In this document: positions 17,480 to 27,061 of the stretch, in pieces | How positions within the stretch are numbered: position 1 is the stretch's first letter | Layout: each line of letters opens with the position of its first letter | IMG/VR virus record: IMGVR_UViG_3300005095_000128 | Location: 19,582-83,581 of that record | From: a virus | DNA length: 64,000 nt | Reading direction: 5' to 3' (one strand) | Notes under the pieces: model-generated | What the model saw: only the letters and a program-made list of their open reading frames with translations | Databases searched by the model: none | Told to the model about the DNA's origin: nothing | Translations under genes and position numbers: made by a program

Positions 17480-17859
17480 GCCACCTGCACCACGAGGATG
17501 TCGGTCGGTAGATCCGCAAGCTGGTCGCGGAAGCCCCACAAGCCATACACCTGCTTTTCGTCGTAGAGGACGCCGGCGTTGATGAGGCCATCCACAACCG
17601 CCTGCAACACGCGGGGAAACGGAATCATCTCGTCCCCCGGGCGCGGCGCCTTGATCTCGTAGGTGATCGCGCGAACGTAAACAACGCGCACGGGGATCGG
17701 CTCGATGAGCGGGTAGATGCTACTCGCTCGTTCCCGCACGGCGTCCTTGAACTGGTCGTAGGAAAACCCCTTCTCGATGGGAACGATGAACGGCCCGAAC
17801 GTGCGAGCTACCTGAAAGTAGTTCTCTAGATCTTGCTGACCGTCGATAAGAGATGCCAT
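17467..17859 (-). CDS. Degenerate RusA-like protein
   Basis: VLQAVVDGLINAGVLYDEKQV resembles the RusA C-terminal motif but lacks DxDN. Confidence 0.4.
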   Translation of the reverse strand: MASLIDGQQDLENYFQVARTFGPFIVPIEKGFSYDQFKDAVRERASSIYPLIEPIPVRVVYVRAITYEIKAPRPGDEMIPFPRVLQAVVDGLINAGVLYDEKQVYGLWGFRDQLADLPTDILVVQVAWGP

Positions 17860-18155
17860 ACCTTCACCAGCGCCGCCACGTACTCCTTACCGTGATACCG
17901 CTCTGGCGACTTGAGGATGTTCTTGGTGCTTCGATCCAGCATGAGCCACACCCGCGCCACCTCGTTGCGCCCAATCAAACCAATCAGATCAGGGCGCGTT
18001 GGTGCGCGGTAGTCAGGATCCAACCCAGGCGATGCATAGCGCTTGATGAGCACCCAAATATCCCGCGGGTACGACCCGCCGAGAAAGCGGGCCATCAAGC
18101 GAGCTACTTGAACTAGTTGCTCTGGGCTAACCTCCACGGAGTGTGAGTTGCTCAT
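17826..18155 (-). CDS. Hypothetical protein
   Basis: ORF within the operon. Confidence 0.55.
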   Translation of the reverse strand: MSNSHSVEVSPEQLVQVARLMARFLGGSYPRDIWVLIKRYASPGLDPDYRAPTRPDLIGLIGRNEVARVWLMLDRSTKNILKSPERYHGKEYVAALVKVWHLLSTVSKI

Positions 18156-18522
18156 GCCAGGTATAGGTCCTCCCGCACGTTGGGCACGAGTGCACGAGCT
18201 CGCGGCACAGAATCTCGGGTTTGTCCTCGGCGAAAAACCAGAGTCGCGAGTGCTGGCGCACCCGCGACTTCCTCAACGAGTCTGTGCAGCACGGTCGTTC
18301 ACCGACCGGGCGTTGCTCAAGTGAGTAGAAGTTCGCGCCGCACTTCGTGCACTGGAAACGGTATTGCGTCGCGATGATGTCCGGGTTCATCGTGTCCTTG
18401 CGCGTGCCAGACCGCGCCTGGCGGAGCTTGCCGCCACAGTACGGACACGAAGCCAATCTCGCTATGATTCTCGCATCATCGCGCATGATACTTTCGCATA
18501 AAGTGTCAGTCAATACCTCCAT
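18127..18522 (-). CDS. Zinc-ribbon protein
   Basis: CPYCGG, CTKCG and CPTCG motifs. Confidence 0.65.
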   Translation of the reverse strand: MEVLTDTLCESIMRDDARIIARLASCPYCGGKLRQARSGTRKDTMNPDIIATQYRFQCTKCGANFYSLEQRPVGERPCCTDSLRKSRVRQHSRLWFFAEDKPEILCRELVHSCPTCGRTYTWHEQLTLRGG

Positions 18523-18544
18523 GCGTCATCCTCCGATAGTAGCG

Positions 18545-19324
18545 TCAACTAGAAACAGCGTCATCATCGAGTTTGAGCTTCGCCACAAGCCGCTCGCGCT
18601 CACCCTCCGTGAGATGATATGCATCATCACGCAACTTTATGTCAAGCGCCTCAAGCTCTCTCCTGGTGAGATAAACACGGTCCAGCACCTCAGAATCGAT
18701 GAGGTCAACGAGCTCGGCGAACCCACTACTGATACCCCGCACGAGCATCTTGGTCGCCTCGGCGAACTCACGGGTCTCAGGCTGGGCGTGCTCGCTAATG
18801 CGAAGCTGCCAGAAGTGCATCAGCGCCCGCAAGTTCGCGGTGAAGTAGATTTGGGTCATCGTCGCTAACGGAAGTACGGCCCTTGCCACTTCACGCGGTA
18901 CACCGAACTCGTCGACGAGCTCCTGGTAAGTGCCAACCGCAAAATCGATGGCCTCCCACAAACGATCGAGCGCGTAGACGCTTTCACCTACGCGCTCCTC
19001 ACTCGGAAGCCAGTAATCACCATCGAGGCGCTTGTACCTACCACTCAACTCGTTCCAGCTAAAGCCAATGCGGTGGCGCATCACCTGACGCGCTACGAAG
19101 ATGGGAACCTCGGCCTCAAAGGTAAACACAACGTGCTCGAACGGCGTTCCGTGGTCGTTCTGCAATAGGAAGCGGATGAGGTTGAGGTCCTTCTCGCGCC
19201 CTTTGAGTCCCTTGCCAAAGCTCGTGCGTGCTGCCTCGGCAGGGACAAGCTCGTGCCCCATGTGGCGCACGAGCTTGACGTAGCCACGGCCATCGTAGAG
19301 TTTTACAGTACGCTCACGGTCCAT
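18545..19324 (-). CDS. thyX: Flavin-dependent thymidylate synthase
   Basis: HGTPFEH, ARQVMRHRIGFSWNELSGRY (RHRx7S), REVARAVLP, HAQPE. Confidence 0.96.
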   Translation of the reverse strand: MDRERTVKLYDGRGYVKLVRHMGHELVPAEAARTSFGKGLKGREKDLNLIRFLLQNDHGTPFEHVVFTFEAEVPIFVARQVMRHRIGFSWNELSGRYKRLDGDYWLPSEERVGESVYALDRLWEAIDFAVGTYQELVDEFGVPREVARAVLPLATMTQIYFTANLRALMHFWQLRISEHAQPETREFAEATKMLVRGISSGFAELVDLIDSEVLDRVYLTRRELEALDIKLRDDAYHLTEGERERLVAKLKLDDDAVSS

Positions 19325-19587
19325 TTGGGTAGATCACCCCGCCAGGTGAACGGATGCTTCCAGAACTTCCGATAGCGTTCCCACTCGTCGCAGGTCACTT
19401 CCCAATCGTAGGGTGCCAACGGATGTGGTGGTTGAACCGGATAAGGAACTGGAACAAAAACGGGGCCAACGCCATGCCCCCGCCTAAGCTCCTCAACCTC
19501 GCGCCGAAGCTCTTCTACTTCCCTTGATAAGCGCTCGATCTCACGTGCTAGCTCTCTGCCGATGTCCCTAGCCACGCAACTCACCAA
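19303..19587 (-). CDS. Hypothetical coiled-coil protein
   Basis: REVEELRREVEELRR repeat and a Pro-rich tail. Confidence 0.55.
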   Translation of the reverse strand: MVSCVARDIGRELAREIERLSREVEELRREVEELRRGHGVGPVFVPVPYPVQPPHPLAPYDWEVTCDEWERYRKFWKHPFTWRGDLPKWTVSVL

Positions 19588-19619
19588 CCCTTCTTCGCAA
19601 TGATAACACGATGCATCGA

Positions 19620-20945
19620 CTACGCAACCGCTCCTCGCGCAACGTGGAAGGCCATCCGCTCCGTACCCGGTCGCGGCTTGCTAGCAGAAACCTGGAAACC
19701 GAACAGGAACCTCCATCGTCGCTTCTTCGCTAGCCAGCCGTGCGGATAGAACAGGTTGGCAAGTTCGTCGAGGTAGTGCCTCATGTAGGACGGCATGCGC
19801 TCAAGATCGCGCTTCATTCGCTCGAGGAAGGTCAACCAAACCCATGCACCATACTGGGAGCCGTAGCGGTAGACCCAGCGCCAGTTCTCGATCCACGCAA
19901 GCAGCGTGGAGTGGGACACGCCAACCGCCCTGGCCGCCGCCCGCACACTCGCACCAGCGTTGATGAGCATGAACGCGAACGCATGACGCGGCGACCACTC
20001 AGCCTTCGAGGCGCCAAAAACGTTGTAGGCAACGTGAATCTTGGGCTCCTGGTGGGTGGTCGGTTTTTCGGGTGTAATCATGGAAGCATCCCCTTTGTTG
20101 TGAGGTTGCAAGCCATTATTAATCTCCTTAAAGCCGAGGAAAGAAAGTGAGGCGTTCAATTCATGCCCGGCGTCATAGAACGGTATTTTGACCACCGGAG
20201 CAATTTGCTTAAAGCTCTCCTTACTAAGCGTTCCTAAGTAAGGAGAGCTTTCTTTCCTAACATCCACTTGACGTAAGGTGCTGTAGAATTCGACGAAGAA
20301 ATCCTTAGCAATCCTATCAAGGTAGAGTAAGATACTAAGACCTCCAAGGTTACTAGTGATGCTAACGTAGCCGTACTCCTCGAGTCTTAGTAGATACTTT
20401 CTAAGTACATCGAGATTCATAGGAGCTACGCGGAGCAATTCCGCACGCCGGACCATCAGCCTTGGTGTTCCAAATTTCTGTCGCTCGATTTTTTTCGCGG
20501 TGCTACGCAACGGACGCGGGCGGGCGAGCGCGGCGAGCAGCGAGTGCAGTACGCGTGATGCGTTCGTATCTGGCAGCTTCCACGCCGCCCATGCGCCACT
20601 CTCGAGGCCGCGCACCATGCCGCTGGCCACGTCGCGCACGGTCAGCGGCTTAGCAAACTCCTCGCTTTCGAGAAGAATCTCACGAGCCCCATCGTAGCCG
20701 TAGGCGTCGATGAGGTCGCGCACTGTGGCCTGCCCCACGGCGTCCATGTCGAGGACGCGTGGGTATGCTCGCTTGTAGATGGCCAAGCGCTTGGCTACGC
20801 CCTTTGCCTTCCTGTGCTGGCTCCTTGGGAAGACGATGAGCACTTCCTCGCCATCGCGCACCTCGCTCTCGCGCCAGGTGGCTCTCGTTCCTAGCGCGAG
20901 CTCGAGCATCTTGGCGTCGCCTGGCGAGTAAGCCAGCACAACCAT
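19620..20945 (-). CDS. Multi-HTH DNA-binding protein, candidate replication initiator
   Basis: wHTH-like RAELLRVAPMNLDVLRKYLLRLEEYGYV and HTH GASVRAAARAVGVSHSTLLAW. Near-leaderless start after TTGCAT-17-TATACT. Confidence 0.5.
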   Translation of the reverse strand: MVVLAYSPGDAKMLELALGTRATWRESEVRDGEEVLIVFPRSQHRKAKGVAKRLAIYKRAYPRVLDMDAVGQATVRDLIDAYGYDGAREILLESEEFAKPLTVRDVASGMVRGLESGAWAAWKLPDTNASRVLHSLLAALARPRPLRSTAKKIERQKFGTPRLMVRRAELLRVAPMNLDVLRKYLLRLEEYGYVSITSNLGGLSILLYLDRIAKDFFVEFYSTLRQVDVRKESSPYLGTLSKESFKQIAPVVKIPFYDAGHELNASLSFLGFKEINNGLQPHNKGDASMITPEKPTTHQEPKIHVAYNVFGASKAEWSPRHAFAFMLINAGASVRAAARAVGVSHSTLLAWIENWRWVYRYGSQYGAWVWLTFLERMKRDLERMPSYMRHYLDELANLFYPHGWLAKKRRWRFLFGFQVSASKPRPGTERMAFHVARGAVA

Positions 20946-20954
20946 ATCGGCGTG

Positions 20955-21025
20955 AGTATACATCACTCGTAAAAACTATGCAAGACCCATCATCGTTGAC
21001 GCTGGGGTGGATGATATGCTAACCT
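20955..21025. promoter_or_regulatory. Divergent sigma70-type promoters at the strand switch
   Basis: Plus strand TTGACG-18-TAACCT. Minus strand TTGCAT-17-TATACT. Confidence 0.65.
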
Positions 21026-21042
21026 TTGCCCAGGAGGTGTGT

Positions 21043-22379
21043 ATGCCTGACATCGAAAGAATGGCGAAGCGTATCGCGAGGGAGTGGAAAGATGATGAAA
21101 TCTTCGAGCTCATCAAGCATATTGACCTCATCGTTGGCGATTGCCAATTTACCAAAACGATGCACGACTACTTCGACCGGGCAGTGACCTACGATTGCTC
21201 TGAAGTGGAGGAGGGTTGATGCGCAGACTCATCGACTTTTTCATGTTCGACCTCGTTGCGTGGATCAAAGCACGTAGCTATGGCGTTATCTCCGTGCACG
21301 AGGAGAAGCTCGGCAACTTCTCTATCAAGGTTTACAAGGTCAAGCGTGACGTCTTTTTCATCTCCGGGCGCCACGTGTTCGTCGGCCCGAGCTTTCAGCA
21401 GTTCTGGGAAGGCAAGCTCAAGGTCGTGGCCTTCGTGACAGCGTGCATCCTAACCAAGGCTCCGATTCGTGCCTGGCTTTGCAAGGAGTGCCAGCGTAGG
21501 GCGATCAAGCTTCTGAGCAACATGTACCAGAAGTCAACCGACCCACCTTTTGTCGATGGCTCGTGGGTGAACATCTGCTTGCGGGAGGTGTCCAAGCGTG
21601 GTGCTGCTTCTTGATATTGCAACGGCTATTGCTCTTGGTGCCATCGCCATCCCGATCGTCAACGCCTTCTACTTCGCGTTTGCCGACTTTAGGGAAACCG
21701 GGCAGCGCGGGTTCATCTACCCGATGCTGCTTAGTGCGTTCATCGCAATCGACATCATGCTGTGGTTAGCCGTGCACGAGCTCAAGATCGCGCTTGGCGG
21801 CTTCATGACTGGCATCGTCATCGGCGCTTTTCAAATCGCGCTCGAGGAGGCATAGGCAGTGCGGTTTCTGGCTGGAGTATGCAAGCTACTTGATGCGATT
21901 GGCACGATCCTTGGTGGCATCATCTACGGCATTATGTTTGGTATTGCGTTCGTGCTCGTCGTGATTGCCACCACGATAGACTACGTGCTCGATGCCATTC
22001 GCGAGTTCGTGAGTTGCAAGAAGGATAGCGGCTTCGATGAAGTGCATGGGGAGGCATGATGAGTCGGTGCGTGGCTAGAGTGACGGTGTTTATCAAGGGC
22101 TTTTCCATCTATGAAGAGATAGTGCCAGTTGAGAAGCTTCCGCAAGACCTAGATGCCGCTTTCGATGTTGGCACGGCACTTCTTGCATCAACCGGAACGC
22201 TTCTCGAGGTCGAAATCGAGGAAGGCGTGCGGTTTGCGCACTCCAAGGAGCTAGAAGCGTACATCCTGCATAAATTCCTCGAGAAGTACGGGCGCGATCT
22301 ATTACGCGTGCTCGAGCCAGAATGGATCAAGTTAGATTACGAGATCGTGAACATTGCCGCCGAGTACCGTGGTGAATGA
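21043..22379 (+). CDS. Run of five small hypothetical/membrane ORFs (21043-21219, 21216-21614, 21598-21855, 21859-22059, 22056-22379)
   Basis: Translationally coupled ORFs with SDs. Two are hydrophobic. Confidence 0.6.
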
Positions 22380-22758
22380 TTTGCGTGATGCGTTCTTGCA
22401 TGCGGTCAAACGCTCGAGGTGCCTGGCGTGCGGGCGCGTAGGCGTTGACATGGCTCACGTGCCCTACTGGTCAACGAAGCTGGGCCGCTTCGTTCGCCCC
22501 TCGCACAAGGGTGTGGGGTGGTTTTTCGCCATTCCGCTATGCCGGCAATGCCACCTCGAGCAACACCGCCTCGGATACGAACGCTTTGCGGAGCGTAAGC
22601 TTGGTGGGCTGCTAGCTCAGTATCGCTGGATTGCGCATACCATTGCATCGCTACTTGACATGCATGCACCTAAGTGTGATACGGTTGACACATGCGGGAG
22701 GTGGATACGTGAGGCAATTGAGTCGGAAGCCGCCTGCGCCGGGGCAGGACGCAATTGA
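22354..22758 (+). CDS. DUF968/HNH-like zinc-binding protein
   Basis: CLACGR..DMAHV...AIPLCRQCHLEQH. Confidence 0.7.
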   Translation: MPPSTVVNDLRDAFLHAVKRSRCLACGRVGVDMAHVPYWSTKLGRFVRPSHKGVGWFFAIPLCRQCHLEQHRLGYERFAERKLGGLLAQYRWIAHTIASLLDMHAPKCDTVDTCGRWIREAIESEAACAGAGRN

Positions 22759-22972
22759 GCACTACCGCATGCTGCTCGAAAACGTCGGCATTACGTACTA
22801 CACCAAGGAGATCGCGCGTTTGCACCGCGATGGAAAGGTGCCGGATGAGGCGATGCTTCTTGCGCTCAACATCGCGCTCGAGGCTGAGCAGAAGCTAATG
22901 ACGATCTACCGCGACTACGACGATGATCCGACTATGGAGAACCTGAAGGAGCTTATCGACTAGGGGGTTAGT

Positions 22973-23293
22973 ATGGGAATCGCGCTATTGTTCGCCGTAA
23001 TGGCCGCAACCTTCTTCCTCGTCGGAATGCCGGCGTGGGGGTGGTTCATCACAGCCATCGCCGCCGTGCTCGGTGCATTTGAGCTCTACCTGCACGTGAA
23101 GTACCGGCAAACGCTCTCCTCGCGTTTCTACCACACGTGGAAGACGCGGCCGAGAGCCATCATCATCGTCGGCATCGTATTCTTCATCGTGCTCGGCCTG
23201 CTCATCTACCACCTGCTTGGATACTGGGATGGTAGCCTTGATCTTACGCGGCCGATGAGGGGGATGGTGTGGGCAAGTTGCGCGTGCGCGTAA
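22973..23293 (+). CDS. Membrane protein
   Basis: Three hydrophobic segments. Confidence 0.6.
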   Translation: MGIALLFAVMAATFFLVGMPAWGWFITAIAAVLGAFELYLHVKYRQTLSSRFYHTWKTRPRAIIIVGIVFFIVLGLLIYHLLGYWDGSLDLTRPMRGMVWASCACA

Positions 23294-23410
23294 ATCTTGA
23301 ACGCGACGATGGGGTTGTAGCTCGTTTCGAGAAGGTCGTTGAGGCAGACGACAAGAGCGCATACGAGCTCTACGACTTCATCGTCGCACACGTGAACCAG
23401 TTAGAGCAAC

Positions 23411-23734
23411 GTGAGCGAATCACAAAGGCACCACCGGTTAGAGAGTCGACGTAAGAAGGCATGGGTATACCAGACCTCGCTCTCCCCGCTCGGGCAGTTG
23501 ATCTTGATGCTCCTCAACCTGGGCGGGGGAGCGTTCCACATCAACGAGGTGATCCTCGCCATGTACCGGAACGGCTTTTCGAGGAGGGCGGTGATAGCGA
23601 CGATAGACAAGCTTGGAGACCTCGGGCTCATCAAGTCGGTTGGCGCCGGTCACTGTATCACGCTCACCGAGAAGGGGAGGTGGAACCTTGCTTCGGGCAA
23701 TAGCGCTGGCGTGCACGATGGCGAGGCTGGCTAA
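23411..23734 (+). CDS. Winged-helix protein
   Basis: SRRAVIATIDKLGDLGLI...ITLTEKGR MarR-like wing. Confidence 0.6.
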   Translation: MSESQRHHRLESRRKKAWVYQTSLSPLGQLILMLLNLGGGAFHINEVILAMYRNGFSRRAVIATIDKLGDLGLIKSVGAGHCITLTEKGRWNLASGNSAGVHDGEAG

Positions 23735-23910
23735 GCAGGTTGTGGCCGCGACGGCGTGCACCCACGTCGATCGCTGCACTTCGCCCGTAGAAGTATTCGA
23801 GCAGTGCGTCGACGGGGCGATGTTTGCCCGCTTCGCCGTCGATGAGTTGAAGCGTCCGCGCATTACCGGCGTTGTGTGCTTCTTCGTCGGTTTGTTATCA
23901 TGGTTGCGGC

Positions 23911-24660
23911 ATGGCACGAAGCACATCGAATCCGTCGCGCAAAAGTTCATCGAATCCGCCGGATAGCTACTACTCCGTGCCAGAGCTTGCGGAGATCCTC
24001 GGAGTATCGCGCACAACGATCTACCGGCGTATCGAGAAGCTACGCTTGCGACGTTTCCGCGACAAGAACGGGCACATCTACCTAACACCCAATAGCGCCG
24101 AGCGGCTCATGCAGTCCTTTCCTGGCGAGGTGACGCATGAGTGGATTCCAGGGTGGATCACAACGGGCGAAGCAGTAGAGCGCTACGGATTCACGAAGGC
24201 GACTTTCAAGTGGTGGATTATCACCGGTAAGGTACGTGGCAAGCGCTACCGTCACCTGTGGATCATGGACCCGCGCTCGGTGGAGGAGTACATCGCTAAG
24301 CGCAACACGGCTCCGCAAGGATGGGTTCCGGTTCGCGAAGTAGCCAAGCGCACCGGACGCACCACGAAGTCGGTTATTCGCCTTGCGCGGGCAAACGGGT
24401 GGCCGTTACGCAAGTACCGCCACGACGGGTATCTTGTCTTCCACATTCGGAAGAGCGATGCACGGATTCTCGAATCCGTCGATGAGCTAGTTCCCGTCTC
24501 GAAGTATCTTCGCGAACGCTACGGGCTTAGCGATAGGGCGATCGAGCGCGTCGTAAAGCGGCTCGACGGGCGCATCGTTCGCCTTGCGTACCGCGAGCGG
24601 TTTGCCAAGCAAGAAGACATCGAGGAGGCTTATCATGCGACTTTCGGTAAAGCTTCTTAA
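23911..24660 (+). CDS. Tandem excisionase-like (HTH_17/MerR) DNA-binding protein
   Basis: Several repeated HTH units (YYSVPELAEILGVSRTTIYRRI; WITTGEAVERYG; WVPVREVAKRTG). Confidence 0.75.
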   Translation: MARSTSNPSRKSSSNPPDSYYSVPELAEILGVSRTTIYRRIEKLRLRRFRDKNGHIYLTPNSAERLMQSFPGEVTHEWIPGWITTGEAVERYGFTKATFKWWIITGKVRGKRYRHLWIMDPRSVEEYIAKRNTAPQGWVPVREVAKRTGRTTKSVIRLARANGWPLRKYRHDGYLVFHIRKSDARILESVDELVPVSKYLRERYGLSDRAIERVVKRLDGRIVRLAYRERFAKQEDIEEAYHATFGKAS

Positions 24661-24976
24661 CGAGGTGGCTGAGCGTCTCGAGCGCAAGAACCGCGCGTAT
24701 GCCGGCGGCCAGCACAAACACATCAACTTCATTATTGGCAAGGACGTACTCAACTACGACGAGGCGTGGCAGGCGGCGCTGGCCTACGCGACAAAGCATA
24801 TCGCGACCCTACTCACGTGGTTTAGAGAAGGCAAACTCCCGGAGGACAGCGAGAGGGTGGCCGAGGTGCTCGGCGACATCATCGCGTACATGGCACTCAT
24901 CTACGAGATTCACGAGGAGGCAAAGCGTGCCGAGGAAGAAGGCGATCACTGGGTCTCGTCGACAACTTACCCGTGA
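24635..24976 (+). CDS. DUF1599/Nmad1-like all-alpha NTP-PPase-fold protein
   Basis: LERKNRAYAG...NF...EVLGDIIAYMAL motif. Confidence 0.6.
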   Translation: MRLSVKLLNEVAERLERKNRAYAGGQHKHINFIIGKDVLNYDEAWQAALAYATKHIATLLTWFREGKLPEDSERVAEVLGDIIAYMALIYEIHEEAKRAEEEGDHWVSSTTYP

Positions 24977-25315
24977 GCAACTTGCCGAGTTTGCACCAAA
25001 GCTCAAGGAGGCCAAGCGCATCGCGAACAAGAACCCCGTGCTAGGGTACTTCAAGATTCGCGCGATCATCGAAGAGTTAGAGCGACGCTACGGCGTCAAA
25101 GATGGGCGTGAGTACCTGGCAGAGATCGAGGCCATCGGGAAGGAAGATGATACAGGGTAGGATCGTTTACCGCGTCGCAAGGGGCGGGCCGCTTGATGGC
25201 TTCCGGCTCGCCACGCTCGAGGACGACAGAGAAATCATCGTTAGGCTGGATGACGGCAAGTACGTTTACGAGGTGCACGAAAACGAGTTGAGATACGTTG
25301 GGGTGCTCTATGAAG

Positions 25316-25756
25316 ATGGAGGAGAGGCCGAAGATCGTTGAGCTCACGAACGTGCTTTGGGAGCTCGCGAAGCTATCGGCCGAAGCCGTATGCGAGCAAA
25401 ACGGCTCACGAGCCGGTGTGACGGCACACGCGGCCGAGTTCTGCTACCTAGTTGAGAGCCTACAATATGACAACATCGCAACGCTAAACACCTTCGGCGA
25501 GGTTGACGAAGAGGCTTATAGCTCGGTTGTGTACGTTGCCGAGCGCTCGTCTACCATCGATGGGAACGACACGTTCGAGGTGCACGATGACTACCGCGTG
25601 GTTTATCACCAGCCGACCGGTAGGGTATTCGCCGTGCGCAATGACGTGACGGAAGGAACCTACGACCTTGGCGGCAACGTAGTGCTCGTCGTGCACGCTA
25701 TGAACGACCTCGAGGCACTCTTTGCCAAGGAGCTCGATCAACCAAAAGCCTTTTAA
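25316..25756 (+). CDS. Hypothetical protein
   Basis: Last ORF of the rightward operon. Confidence 0.55.
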   Translation: MEERPKIVELTNVLWELAKLSAEAVCEQNGSRAGVTAHAAEFCYLVESLQYDNIATLNTFGEVDEEAYSSVVYVAERSSTIDGNDTFEVHDDYRVVYHQPTGRVFAVRNDVTEGTYDLGGNVVLVVHAMNDLEALFAKELDQPKAF

Positions 25757-25762
25757 GCGAGC

Positions 25763-25803
25763 AAAGTAAACCGGCGCCGGTTGTTCCGGCGCCGGATGTT
25801 TTA
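25763..25803. terminator. Bidirectional intrinsic terminator
   Basis: CCGGCGCCGG-TTGTT-CCGGCGCCGG flanked by an A-rich left side and a T-rich right side. Confidence 0.8.
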
Positions 25804-26037
25804 CCTAGAAGGGGCGCTTTGAACCGACCCGACCTGACCCGCCTAGTCTATCCGGTAAGGAGGCTCCTATGAGGAACGAACCTGGGAGGGTGCTCAGCTC
25901 TGGCACTTGCCGCGCCCACGGCCTTGGAAAGGAGGTGCGATGATCCGGTTAAAACCCCCGCGCTGATGGACCCGAGGAGGTGATAGCCTTGCACCGCCCC
26001 TTCTAGGTTTTGGCCAGGAGGGCTTTCCTCCTTGGCT
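25765..26037 (-). ncRNA. Candidate ~270 nt structured sRNA with four anti-SD motifs
   Basis: Own promoter TTGACA-18-TATGAT (26073-26044), 5' hairpin, 14-bp closing stem 25803-25816/25995-26008, and a terminator. Confidence 0.6.
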
Positions 26038-26069
26038 ACCTAGATCATACTAACCGCACGCGGCGTGTG

Positions 26070-26570
26070 TCAACCCTTCTTCTTGCGCCGGCGCTTTGGC
26101 CTAGCGGACTCCCAGCGCTCCTCGTTGACGTTGGCCTTCTCGAAGTAGGTCTTGAGCACGTCGTCGCGCTCGATGCCGAACTCCTCACCAAGGCGTAGTA
26201 GGAGGTACGGAACACGCCTCGAAAAGCGCACGCTACCGGCCGCCGCAAGGATGTGCCTGATCGTATCCGGCATGTCCTTTGGTGTCACGTCTTCGTAGAG
26301 TAATTGCGTGCCGTCAGCACGACCATCCTTTAACACGAGTGCAAGTGCGAAGTGCAGCACGTCGGCGAGTTCTTCGGTGGCACGCTCCTTGTCGGTGACG
26401 AAAGCGTCGCCGTGGCGCTTCCACCACGCCCACTTGCCTTTGACCGCGTTCAAAAACTCTCCGAGCTCGGCGACGAGCGCAACCACAAGCTCGCCACGGG
26501 TCGGCTTGTACTCGAGCTTGTCCTGTAGCTCGCGTTGTCGTTCTAGGGTATCGGCTAGGCTATACATCAT
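26070..26570 (-). CDS. dut: Dimeric (all-alpha) dUTPase
   Basis: AELGEFLNA..KWAWWK...EELADVLHFAL...YFEKANVNEERW. Confidence 0.88.
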   Translation of the reverse strand: MMYSLADTLERQRELQDKLEYKPTRGELVVALVAELGEFLNAVKGKWAWWKRHGDAFVTDKERATEELADVLHFALALVLKDGRADGTQLLYEDVTPKDMPDTIRHILAAAGSVRFSRRVPYLLLRLGEEFGIERDDVLKTYFEKANVNEERWESARPKRRRKKKG

Positions 26571-26857
26571 CCCTCCTCGATGGCCTTCTTCTGTTGCAAC
26601 CGAGGTGCCGGGTTGAGCTTCACCATGCGCCGGCGCACGCGCATACCGCGAATGTCGCCGCCGAAGTTCACACTAAACAGCCGTTCGTGCGGAACGAACT
26701 TGCCGCACTTTGCAAACATGACATGGTTGCCCTTCACGAGCACCTCGTCCTTGATGAGATCACAGTACGCACGCAAGACGGCTTCAACGTCTTGCTGGCG
26801 CACCCCGGTGCGCTTGGCGATTTCGCGCTTAATGTCGAGCATCTTCCACGTCTTCAT
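26567..26857 (-). CDS. HU/IHF-family DNA-binding protein
   Basis: EIAKRTGVRQQDVEAVL...GNHVMFAKCGKF...VKLNPAPRL. Confidence 0.8.
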   Translation of the reverse strand: MKTWKMLDIKREIAKRTGVRQQDVEAVLRAYCDLIKDEVLVKGNHVMFAKCGKFVPHERLFSVNFGGDIRGMRVRRRMVKLNPAPRLQQKKAIEEG

Positions 26858-26994
26858 GTTCCAACCCCCTAACACACATAGCGGAATGTGCGCGGATTTC
26901 TTTATCCGCGCACACCCAGAGTGAGGCAAGGAAGGCGTGCCCCGTTCGGCCTCGCCCTTTTGGTTTTGTCACGGGCTACCGCCCGTGCAATAGA

Positions 26995-27055
26995 AGCATA
27001 GCGCATTAGGTGCCCCTTGTCAAGGGTTGCATATATGTCGCACACGTGCTATGTT
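26995..27055. promoter_or_regulatory. Back-to-back promoters
   Basis: Minus strand TTGACA-17-TATGCT. Plus strand TTGCAT-17-TATGTT with ATG 6 nt later (leaderless). Confidence 0.75.
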
Positions 27056-27061
27056 GCTCGT

